Shown in pieces: positions 21,367 through 29,432 of a stretch of DNA of 32,000 nucleotides. The stretch's first letter is position 1. Each line of letters starts with the position of its first letter. The notes under the pieces are model-generated. The model saw only the letters and a program-made list of their open reading frames with translations, was not told the origin of the DNA and searched no databases. This DNA comes from Cardiobacteriaceae bacterium (GTDB lineage Bacteria; Pseudomonadota; Gammaproteobacteria; Cardiobacteriales; Cardiobacteriaceae), in the NCBI GenBank assembly GCA_965277745.1, contig OZ255837.1, forward strand, positions 1,529,357 through 1,561,356. Reading direction: 5' to 3'. The position numbers were made by a program, and so were the translations under genes.

Positions 21367-24300
21367 GAGGTCGCCTCCTTCTCGGGGTGTTCATCACTTG
21401 CGTTTTCCAGCCAATCGACCTTTTCCATCTTGCGGACGACGACAAAATCATCGCGATTGGAGCCGACGGTGCCGTAATAGTTGAATCCCCAGGAAAGCTG
21501 GGCGTAACCGCCGATCATATGGGTCGGCTTGACCACGGTGCGAGTCACGGAATTGTGAATGCCGCCGCGTTTCCCGGTGGTCTCGGCCCCCGGCGTGTTG
21601 ATGATTTTCTCCTGCGCGTGATACATCATGCTCATCCCCTCCGGCACCCGCTGACTGACCACGGCACGGGCGACAATGGCGCCATTGGCGTTGTACAGCT
21701 CGATCCAGTCATTATCCTCGACCGCGATTTTTCGCGCGTCGATTTCGCTGATCCACACGACCGGACCGCCACGGTTCAAGGTAAGCATCAGCAGATTGTC
21801 CGAATAGGTACTGTGAATGCCCCATTTCTGGTGCGGGGTAATCCAGTTGAGCACCACCTGTTTGCGGCCGCGACCGTGCTTTTCGATCACCGGCGCAACG
21901 GTTTTCATATTTATCGGCGGCTTGTACACACACAACGCCTCGCCGAAATCACGCATCCATTCGTGGTCTTGATAGAAGTGTTGACGGCCACTAAGCGTGC
22001 GCCACGGGATCAGTTCATGGACGTTGGTGTAGCCGGCATTGTAGCTGACATGTTCATCTTCGAGACCGCTCCAGGTCGGCGAGGATATGATTTTGCGCGG
22101 TTGCGCCTGAATGTCGCGGAAGCGGATTTTTTCTTCTTCTTTGGCGCGCGCCAGATGGGTATGGTCGCGTCCGGTCAACTTGCCGAGTGCCGTCCAGGCT
22201 CTCACCGCGACCTGACCGTTGGTCTCGGGGGCAAGTGACAACACCACTTCGGCGGCATCGATGTCCGTGTCGATACGCGGCAGCCCTTTGGAGACGCCGT
22301 CTTCGTCGACGAGGCGGTTCAATTTTCCAAGCAAGGCCACTTCCTTTTCGGTGTTCCAGGCGATTCCCTTGCCGCCATTGCCGATTGTGTGCAGAAGCGG
22401 ACCGAGCGCGGTGAATTTGCGGTAGGTGTCGGGATAGTTGCGTTCCACTTCGATCAACGCCGGCATGGTTTTGCCCGGTATCGCTTCGATCTCGCCTTTT
22501 TTCCATTCCTGTACGTTAAGCGGTTGCGCCAGTTCGGCCGGCGTGTCGTGCAGAATCGGCAACGTCACCAGATCGGTTTCCGTTGCCAGATGCCCTGCGC
22601 AAAGTCGCGAGAAACAGGCGGCGATCCCCTTGTAGATAGCCCAGTCACTACGCGATTCCCACGCTGGATCGACGGCGCAGGAGAGGGGGTGGATGAAGGG
22701 ATGCATATCGGAGGTATTGAGATCGTTTTTTTCGTACCAGGTCGTCGAGGGCAGGACGATGTCCGAGTAAAGGCAGGTCGTCGACATGCGAAAATCGAGC
22801 GTCACCACGAGATCGAGCTTGCCTTCGGGGGCCTTTTCGTGCCAGCGGACTTCACGCGGTTTTTTGCCGTTCGTTTCGCCGAGATCTTTACCCAGCAAGC
22901 CGTGTTGCGTTCCGAGCAGGTGATGGAGCATATATTCATGCCCTTTGCCGGAGGATCCGAGGAGATTGGAACGCCAGATAAACAAGTTACGCGGGAAGTT
23001 ACGCGGATCGTCCGGGTCTTCGCAGGAGAACTTCAGGGAACCGGAGCGCAGACGATCGACGACATACGCTTTGACCTCCTTACCGGCTTTTTTCGCCGCC
23101 TTGGCGAGCGCGAGCGGATTTTCCGCGAGTTGCGGCGCGGAGGGCAGCCATCCCATCCTTTCGGCGCGCACGTTACAGTCGATCAGGGAATCGTTTTGCC
23201 ACTTTTTGCGATCGCCAAGAGGAGAAAGAAGTTCCTCCAATTGCAATTTTTCATAGCGCCATTGGTCGGAGTGGGCGTAGAAGAAGCTCGTCGAGTTCAT
23301 TTGCCGCGGAGGACGATGCCAGTCGAGGGCGAACGCGAGCGGCAGCCAGCCGGTTTGCGGGCGCAATTTTTCCTGCCCGACATAGTGCGACCAGCCGCCA
23401 CCCGATTTGCCGATACAACCACACATCATGAGCAGGTTGATGATGCCGCGATAGATCATGTCCATGTGGTACCAGTGGTTGATGCCGGCGCCGAGGATCA
23501 CCATGGAACGGCCTTTGGTCTTGTCGGCGTTGTCGGCGAATTCGCGCGCGATGCGGGTGACCACGCCCGCCGGAACGCCGGTGATTTTTTCCTGCCAGGC
23601 CGGCGTGTAGGGAAGGTCGTCGTCGAGCGAGGCCGCGACGTGATCACCGCCCAGGCCACGATCGACTCCGTAGTTGGCAAGGAGCAGATCGAAGACGGTT
23701 GCAACCACCACCTCGCGTTTTTCATCGAGCTCGATCCGCCGGGTCGGCACGTTGCGTGACAATACGCTGTCATGGCCGGTGTGGACGAAGATCGGTTCGT
23801 CGTGTTCGAGATTGCCGAAATAGGGGAAGTCGACCGCCACGACCGCGTCGGCGCTATCGATAAGGCTCGTTTGCGGTTCTATTTCCGATCCATCGGCGAC
23901 ATTTTTGCTTTCCAGGTTCCACTTGCCGCTTTCATCCCAGCGTGAACCGATCGTTCCGTTGGGTACCACTACAGCATCGCTTTTGCCATCTATGACGATA
24001 GGTTTCCATTCACCATGCCTGTTTTCTCCGAGTGAATCGGAAAAATCCGAGGCACGCAGGGTACGACCGGGGACATAGCGGCCGCCGCGCGCTTCGAGGA
24101 TGACGAGAAAGGGCATGTCGGTATACATGCGGCAATATTCGTTGAAATACGCGCTTTTTCCGGTCGCATGGAATTCTTTCAGAATGACGTGCCCCATCGC
24201 CATGGCGAGTGCCGCATCCGTTCCCTGCCGCGGGTGCAGCCAATGATCGCAGAGTTTGGCGAGTTCGCTGTAATCGGGGGAGACGGCGACCGTTTTGGTG

Positions 24301-25127
24301 CCGTTATAGCGGGCTTCGGTGAAGAAATGGGCGTCGGGCGTGCGCGTCTGCGGCACGTTCGATCCCCAGGCGATGATATAGGACGAGTTGTACCAATCGG
24401 CGCTTTCCGGCACATCGGTCTGCTCGCCCCAGCTTTGTGGCGAGCTTGGCGGCAGATCGCAATACCAGTCGTAAAAACTCAGACAGGTTCCGCCGATCAG
24501 CGACAGGTAACGGGTGCCCGCGGCGTAGGAGACCATTGACATCGCCGGGATCGGGGAAAAACCGACGATGCGGTCGGGGTCATAGGTCTTGGCGGTGTAG
24601 ATGTTCGCGGCGGCGATGAGTTCATTCATTTCTTCCCTGTCGGCGCGCACCATGCCGCCGAGTCCGCGCACCTGTTTGTAGGATTTCGTCTTCTCCGGAT
24701 CGTTTGCGATACTCTCCCAGGCATCCACCGGATCGGGGTGAAGGACTTTCGCGGCGCGCCACAACTTGAGCAAACGCGCGCGGATCATCGGATATTTCAG
24801 GCGCGCGGCGCTGTAGAGATACCAGCTGTAACTGGCGCCGCGGGCGCATCCGCGCGGCTCGTGGTTGGGCAGGTCGGGGCGGGTGTGCGGGTAATCGGTT
24901 TGCTGCGTTTCCCAGGTCACCAGGCCGTTTTTGACATAAATCTTCCAGCTGCACGATCCGGTACAGTTGACCCCGTGAGTGCTGCGAACAACCTTGTCGT
25001 GGGACCAACGACCGCGATAGGCGCGCTCCCAGTCGCGGTTTTCTTCGGTGGTGACGCCGTGGCCATCGGAGAATGTCGCCGGCGCTTTTCTGGTGAAGAA
25101 GGTCAGTTTGTCGATGATATGGCTCAT
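21363..25127 (-). CDS. narG: Respiratory nitrate reductase alpha subunit (Mo-bisMGD)
   Basis: 1254 aa. The N-terminus ...RDWERAYRGRWSHDKVVRSTHGVNCTGSCSWKIYVKNG is the NarG FS0 H-x3-C-x3-C motif. ATGA overlap with narH. Confidence 0.97.
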   Translation of the reverse strand: MSHIIDKLTFFTRKAPATFSDGHGVTTEENRDWERAYRGRWSHDKVVRSTHGVNCTGSCSWKIYVKNGLVTWETQQTDYPHTRPDLPNHEPRGCARGASYSWYLYSAARLKYPMIRARLLKLWRAAKVLHPDPVDAWESIANDPEKTKSYKQVRGLGGMVRADREEMNELIAAANIYTAKTYDPDRIVGFSPIPAMSMVSYAAGTRYLSLIGGTCLSFYDWYCDLPPSSPQSWGEQTDVPESADWYNSSYIIAWGSNVPQTRTPDAHFFTEARYNGTKTVAVSPDYSELAKLCDHWLHPRQGTDAALAMAMGHVILKEFHATGKSAYFNEYCRMYTDMPFLVILEARGGRYVPGRTLRASDFSDSLGENRHGEWKPIVIDGKSDAVVVPNGTIGSRWDESGKWNLESKNVADGSEIEPQTSLIDSADAVVAVDFPYFGNLEHDEPIFVHTGHDSVLSRNVPTRRIELDEKREVVVATVFDLLLANYGVDRGLGGDHVAASLDDDLPYTPAWQEKITGVPAGVVTRIAREFADNADKTKGRSMVILGAGINHWYHMDMIYRGIINLLMMCGCIGKSGGGWSHYVGQEKLRPQTGWLPLAFALDWHRPPRQMNSTSFFYAHSDQWRYEKLQLEELLSPLGDRKKWQNDSLIDCNVRAERMGWLPSAPQLAENPLALAKAAKKAGKEVKAYVVDRLRSGSLKFSCEDPDDPRNFPRNLFIWRSNLLGSSGKGHEYMLHHLLGTQHGLLGKDLGETNGKKPREVRWHEKAPEGKLDLVVTLDFRMSTTCLYSDIVLPSTTWYEKNDLNTSDMHPFIHPLSCAVDPAWESRSDWAIYKGIAACFSRLCAGHLATETDLVTLPILHDTPAELAQPLNVQEWKKGEIEAIPGKTMPALIEVERNYPDTYRKFTALGPLLHTIGNGGKGIAWNTEKEVALLGKLNRLVDEDGVSKGLPRIDTDIDAAEVVLSLAPETNGQVAVRAWTALGKLTGRDHTHLARAKEEEKIRFRDIQAQPRKIISSPTWSGLEDEHVSYNAGYTNVHELIPWRTLSGRQHFYQDHEWMRDFGEALCVYKPPINMKTVAPVIEKHGRGRKQVVLNWITPHQKWGIHSTYSDNLLMLTLNRGGPVVWISEIDARKIAVEDNDWIELYNANGAIVARAVVSQRVPEGMSMMYHAQEKIINTPGAETTGKRGGIHNSVTRTVVKPTHMIGGYAQLSWGFNYYGTVGSNRDDFVVVRKMEKVDWLENASDEHPEKEATS

Positions 25128-25145
25128 GTCTCTTGCTCCCTTGGC

Positions 25146-26657
25146 TTATGGATTGTGCACATAAGCGTTTTTGCGCAGGTAAAACCACCAGTTGAGCACG
25201 ATGCAAAGTGCATAGAAAGCGGCGAATCCGTAGAGGGCAATTTCCGGGGTCGTCGCCTCGATCTGCTCGCCGAACACCTTGGGGATGATGAACGCGCCGT
25301 ACGCCGCGACAGCGGACGCCCAGCCGAGAACCGGCCCGGCTTGCTCCTTGTCGAACACCGCCGAAATCGTGCGGAAGGTCGATCCGTTGCCGATGCCGGT
25401 GGTGGTGAAAAGAATCAGAAACAGGATCAGGAAGGGCGGGAAGAAGGTTTCCGGGGTCGCCGAAGCGTAGGCGGCTTTCATGCAATAAGCCACCCCCAGC
25501 GCGGCGGCGACCATGATCACGGAAATGATCTGTGTAACCTTCGCGCCGCCCATTTTGTCGGCGATTTTGCCGCCGACAGGGCGGATCAGGGCACCGATGA
25601 ACGGCCCTATCCAGGCGAACATGAGCGCCGAGGGAGCATCGGGATTGACCGTATTGTGGGTCATCACCCCATCGACGAGAAGATGGCGAAAACCGAAGAT
25701 CACTTTGATCGAGAGCGCCAGTGCCGCGGAATAGCCGATGAACGACCCGAAGGTCATCGTGTAGATGAGTGACAAGGCCCAGGTGTGCTTGTTACCGAAA
25801 ATACGGTATTGCCGCGTGAGCCCCTCTTTGTAGTTGGCGCCGAGCGGCAGGAGTTTGAGCCCGAAAACGGTGGCGGCGATGACGAGCGGCAGGATGATCC
25901 ATTGGTTGATTTCCCAACCGGAACCGTTCGCGTTTTCCGGGAGGATGAGCCACAATCCAGCAGCGGCGATCACCAGGGCGGCGCCGATCATGACGAGGAT
26001 TTTACCGCAAGCGGCGGCGGTCGAGCCGATATTCGGCGAGACGTGTTCATTGCTGATGTTGTTCATCCCGAAATAGGTGGCGAAGGAGAGAGGAACCAGA
26101 AAGCACAGCCAGATGTAGGCTGCGTTTTGAATCCAGGTTTCGGTTCCGGCGGCGATTTTGCCGATCAGGGTGCCGCTCGCGTTTTGCAGAATCATCGGCG
26201 ATCCGCCGAAAATCGCCATCGTCATCACCAGGGGCACGACAATCTGCATCGTCGTCACGCCGAAGTTGCCCAAACCGGCGTTCATGCCCAGCGAATAGCC
26301 CGAAACACGTTTGGGGAAGAAAAAACTGATGTTGGACATCGAAGAAGCGTAGTTTCCGCCGCCGATACCGGAGAGCAGCGCGAGAAGCTGGAAATACCAC
26401 AGTGGCGTGTCCGGGTTTTGCAACGCGATACCGGTTCCCCACGCGGGGACGATGAGAAGCGCCGTGGTCAGGAAGATCGTGTTGCGTCCCCCGGCGAGGC
26501 GGATGAAAAAAGAACTGGGAATCCTCAGGGTGGCACCCGAAAGCCCGGCGATCGCGGTAAGGGAGAAAAGATCCGGGGCGCTGAAGGGAAAGCCCAGATT
26601 GAGCATCTGCACCGTGATGATACTCCAGTAAAGCCATACCGCGAAGGCGCAGAGCAA
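25146..26657 (-). CDS. narK: Nitrate/nitrite transporter NarK (MFS); 5' end unresolved
   Basis: 12-TM MFS with the NarK nitrate signature GGGNYASSM. 26657 is the first canonical start (TTG), but in-frame homology to the NarK N-terminus (AETLQNWDPEDERQWQSRGRKIANRNLWISIPALL) continues upstream to about 26759, in a frame open to 26834 (see findings). Confidence 0.9.
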   Translation of the reverse strand: MLCAFAVWLYWSIITVQMLNLGFPFSAPDLFSLTAIAGLSGATLRIPSSFFIRLAGGRNTIFLTTALLIVPAWGTGIALQNPDTPLWYFQLLALLSGIGGGNYASSMSNISFFFPKRVSGYSLGMNAGLGNFGVTTMQIVVPLVMTMAIFGGSPMILQNASGTLIGKIAAGTETWIQNAAYIWLCFLVPLSFATYFGMNNISNEHVSPNIGSTAAACGKILVMIGAALVIAAAGLWLILPENANGSGWEINQWIILPLVIAATVFGLKLLPLGANYKEGLTRQYRIFGNKHTWALSLIYTMTFGSFIGYSAALALSIKVIFGFRHLLVDGVMTHNTVNPDAPSALMFAWIGPFIGALIRPVGGKIADKMGGAKVTQIISVIMVAAALGVAYCMKAAYASATPETFFPPFLILFLILFTTTGIGNGSTFRTISAVFDKEQAGPVLGWASAVAAYGAFIIPKVFGEQIEATTPEIALYGFAAFYALCIVLNWWFYLRKNAYVHNP

Positions 26658-26780
26658 CGCCGGAATCGAAATCCACAGGTTGCGGTTGGCGATTTTCCTG
26701 CCCCGGGATTGCCACTGTCGTTCGTCTTCCGGATCCCAGTTTTGTAGCGTTTCTGCTGGAAAAAGAGGGCTGAAGGGGAA

Positions 26781-27581
26781 ATGACGAGGAAAGAAAATAC
26801 GGTGTCTGCGGCTTGCGCCGACGAGTGTGTCGCGTTATCCGGGCGGCGTTGGGGAAAGTGGGAAAATCGTATTGCTTCTTTGCCCCTGTTGTGCGGCCTT
26901 TCTACCGCAACCCGAGCGCGTTTGTTACGCCGCGCGAGACTCCATGATTTCGTCAAGGGCGGGATGCTGTTTCTCGAAGGAGAGGCGGCCAAGTGTTTGT
27001 ATATCGTCCTTGCAGGCTGGATTAAAATCTTGAAGAGCAGTACGGACGGGGAACAGACTGTCCTGCAGATGCTCGGTGCCGGAGACACGGTTCTCGAATC
27101 CGCGGTGTTTTTGAATATTCAGTTTTCCTTTTCCGCGCAGGTGGCCGAGGAGGCGAGCGTACTGTCGATTCCCGCGCCGGGTTTGCGGGAATACATCAAA
27201 CAGGACGAGCAACTGGCGCGCAATTTTCTCCTCGTGATGGCGCATGCCTCACACGCGTTCGTTCACCAAATGGGGAATGCCCGGATGAAAACGGTGGAGG
27301 AACGTATCGGCTGCTTTTTGCTCGGACAATTTCTCGAACAGGGACGAAGTTCGCGTGCCATCAAGTTGCCCTATGACAAATCGGTTATCGCCGCGCAACT
27401 GAATATGCGCCGCGAAACCTTCTCGCGGGTGCTGAGTGCGATGAAAAAAGACGGCTTGCGGATGGAAAAACATACCGTCGTTATTCCCGATTTGCAGGCG
27501 TTGTGCGGCTTTTGCGATCGCGATACGGCCGAGATATGCGCCTTGCACGGCACGCCGGATTGCCCTCATCGGCAGGGGTAA
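26781..27581 (+). CDS. CRP/FNR-family transcriptional regulator with a C-terminal four-cysteine cluster
   Basis: cNMP-binding-like beta-roll (LHDFVKGGMLFLEGEAAKCLYIVLAGWIKILK...GEQTVLQMLGAGD) and a C-terminal HTH (SVIAAQLNMRRETFSRVLSAMKKDGL). The tail is CGFCDRDTAEICALHGTPDC. AGGGG Shine-Dalgarno before ATG 26781. Confidence 0.85.
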   Translation: MTRKENTVSAACADECVALSGRRWGKWENRIASLPLLCGLSTATRARLLRRARLHDFVKGGMLFLEGEAAKCLYIVLAGWIKILKSSTDGEQTVLQMLGAGDTVLESAVFLNIQFSFSAQVAEEASVLSIPAPGLREYIKQDEQLARNFLLVMAHASHAFVHQMGNARMKTVEERIGCFLLGQFLEQGRSSRAIKLPYDKSVIAAQLNMRRETFSRVLSAMKKDGLRMEKHTVVIPDLQALCGFCDRDTAEICALHGTPDCPHRQG

Positions 27582-27617
27582 GAAAAAATGTCGCCTGTTT
27601 TGAAAACTTTCGCAAGG

Positions 27618-27633
27618 TGTGATCGAGATCACA
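27618..27633. promoter_or_regulatory. Perfect CRP-type box TGTGA-N6-TCACA (TGTGATCGAGATCACA); alternatively the stem of a weak terminator
   Basis: 7+7 inverted repeat read directly from the sequence. TATGCT (27654-27659) would be a -10 hexamer if the box is centred near -41.5. A T6 run (27634-27639) follows, so a terminator for the regulator gene is also possible. Confidence 0.5.
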
Positions 27634-27679
27634 TTTTTTCCGCCGAATTGCTGTATGCTGGTATCAACTCTGAAGCTAT

Positions 27680-27783
27680 CTGACCTAAGTCGTCTTTACG
27701 ATACGGTTTTTTAGTCGGGGGTATGGGGCTTAGCCCGTCGCGGAAACGCCATAGTCTGCCGTCATTGCAAAGGAGTAGTCGTC
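27680..27783 (+). promoter_or_regulatory. Structured moaA 5' leader; candidate molybdenum-cofactor (Moco) riboswitch
   Basis: Position directly upstream of moaA. CGATACGG (27699-27706) can pair with CCGT(C)ATTG (27759-27767), next to the AAAGGAG Shine-Dalgarno. An internal compact 3-way junction spans 27722-27753 (TATGG/CCATA stem, GGGC-TTA-GCCC hairpin, GCG-GAAA-CGC GNRA hairpin). The similarity to the Moco motif is from memory only and has not been modelled. Confidence 0.3.
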
Positions 27784-28758
27784 ATGCTCGAGGATGGTTT
27801 CGGACGCAGATTTCCCTATCTGCGCCTGTCGATAACGGAGGTATGTAACTTCCGTTGCGTCTATTGTCTTCCCGATGGTTATAGAAGAACGGACAGACAC
27901 CCCTTACTGCGGCCCGGCGAAATCACACGATTGGTTGACGCTTTCGCCGAACTCGGCGTGCGCAAGATACGTCTTACCGGCGGCGAGGCGACCATCCGCA
28001 AAGATTTCACCGAGATTGCCGCCCTGATCTCTTCCCACCCGCTGATCGAGCGGCTCGCCTTGACCACCAACGGTTATCGTCTGCGCCAGCAGGCAAAAAC
28101 GTGGCGCGCCTGTGGGCTTGACGATGTCAATGTCAGTGTCGACAGCCTAACGGCCAGTCGTTTTCATGCGCTCACCGGTCAGGATCGTTTGTCGGAAGTG
28201 CTGGCGGGTGTCGACGCCGCCTTGACGGCCGGTTTCGAACAGGTCAAGATCAATGTGGTGCTGCTCAAGGGCGTGAACGATCGTGAACTGCCGGCGTATC
28301 TTGCCTGGGCAAAATCGGCTCCTGTTGGAATCCGCTTTATCGAGTTGATGCAAACCGGTGAGAATCGTGATTATTTCCGCAAATATCATGTCTCGGCGGA
28401 AAAGATTGCAAAAGCGTTGTTGAAAAAGGGGTGGAGTGCGCAGCCACGCGCGTTTTCCGCCGGCCCGGCGCAAATGTACAAGCATCCCGATTATCGAGGC
28501 GCCATCGGGCTTATCGCCCCTTACGCGAAAGATTTCTGTGCCGGCTGCAATCGCCTGCGCGTGACCGCCCGCGGTGATCTGCGCCTGTGTCTGTTTGGCG
28601 AAGCGGGGACAAGCCTGCGCGATTTGCTCGAGGACGACAGGCAAAAGCCGCTGCTCACGCAACGGATTCGCGAGCAACTGTCGTTCAAGCGTCAAACGCA
28701 TTTTCTCGCCCAGGGCGATAGCGGTATTACCCCGCATCTGGCTTCGATAGGAGGATGA
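27784..28758 (+). CDS. moaA: GTP 3',8-cyclase (radical SAM)
   Basis: YLRLSITEVCNFRCVYCLP (CxxxCxxC), C-terminal cluster CAGCNRLRVTARGDLRLC, and a C-terminal GG. 324 aa. Confidence 0.95.
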   Translation: MLEDGFGRRFPYLRLSITEVCNFRCVYCLPDGYRRTDRHPLLRPGEITRLVDAFAELGVRKIRLTGGEATIRKDFTEIAALISSHPLIERLALTTNGYRLRQQAKTWRACGLDDVNVSVDSLTASRFHALTGQDRLSEVLAGVDAALTAGFEQVKINVVLLKGVNDRELPAYLAWAKSAPVGIRFIELMQTGENRDYFRKYHVSAEKIAKALLKKGWSAQPRAFSAGPAQMYKHPDYRGAIGLIAPYAKDFCAGCNRLRVTARGDLRLCLFGEAGTSLRDLLEDDRQKPLLTQRIREQLSFKRQTHFLAQGDSGITPHLASIGG

Positions 28759-29432
28759 GTATGGAACGGGATATTGCCGACTTTTTCGCCCGCAGTGCCT
28801 ACCGAATGGCCGATATCACCCGCAAGCGGGCGAGTTCGCGCCGTGCGCTGGCGATGGGAAGAATTGTCGTGGGAGAGCGGGCCTTCCGTCATCTCAAAGC
28901 GCACACCCTGCCCAAGGGGGATGTGCTGAAACTCGCGGAAATCGCGGGTATTCAGGGCGCGAAAGCCGCCTGGCAGCAGATTCCCCTGTGTCATCCCTTG
29001 CCGCTTGATCATGTCGCGGTTTCGTCGCAGTTGGAAGAGGCGAGCCATAGCGTGGTGGTCCACGGTGTTGTCGCGACCAGCGCCAAAACCGGTGTTGAGA
29101 TGGAAGCCCTTGCCGCCGTCAACGCGGCGCTGCTCACCCTGTACGATTTGATCAAACCGGTAGAACCCGCCCTTGCCATCAGCGATATCCGCCTGTTACT
29201 CAAAGAAGGAGGAAAAAGCGGTTTGTGGGTACACCCGGACGGGATTCCAGAGGAACTGCGGGCGCTGTTGCCGGTGCAATCGGAACGTCCGCTCGCAGGA
29301 AGAAAAGCCGCCGTCATCACCCTCAGTGACCGTGCCTTCAAAGGGGAATATGACGACGAGTCCGGTGGGATATTGAAAAGGGAACTGACACGATTGGGGG
29401 GGGGTGGTCACGGCAAAAGCCCTGTTGCCTGA
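28755..29432 (+). CDS. moaC: Cyclic pyranopterin monophosphate synthase MoaC domain, a linker, and the first ~35 aa of a MoaB/Mog domain (upstream part of a frameshifted fusion)
   Basis: KGDVLKLAEIAGIQGAKAAWQQIPLCHPLPL...TGVEMEALAAVNAALLTLYDL...LLLKEGGKSG is the MoaC domain. AAVITLSDRAFKGEYDDESGGIL then starts a MoaB/Mog fold. The ORF dies 28 nt after a G9 tract. Confidence 0.85.
   Translation: MSMERDIADFFARSAYRMADITRKRASSRRALAMGRIVVGERAFRHLKAHTLPKGDVLKLAEIAGIQGAKAAWQQIPLCHPLPLDHVAVSSQLEEASHSVVVHGVVATSAKTGVEMEALAAVNAALLTLYDLIKPVEPALAISDIRLLLKEGGKSGLWVHPDGIPEELRALLPVQSERPLAGRKAAVITLSDRAFKGEYDDESGGILKRELTRLGGGGHGKSPVA

Noticed and set aside
22389-23759. 456-aa plus-strand ORF (also 21387-22238, 283 aa) inside narG
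   Set aside because: These lie entirely antisense to the strongly supported narG CDS. Their composition is Arg/Gly/Val/Phe-rich and degenerate, typical of shadow ORFs produced by GC3-biased codon usage. No recognisable motif is present.
24738-26747. Plus-strand ORFs of 344 aa (24738-25772) and 320 aa (25785-26747) across narG and narK
   Set aside because: They are antisense shadows of narG and narK. The sequence is low-complexity (R/G/D/E-rich) with no Shine-Dalgarno context.
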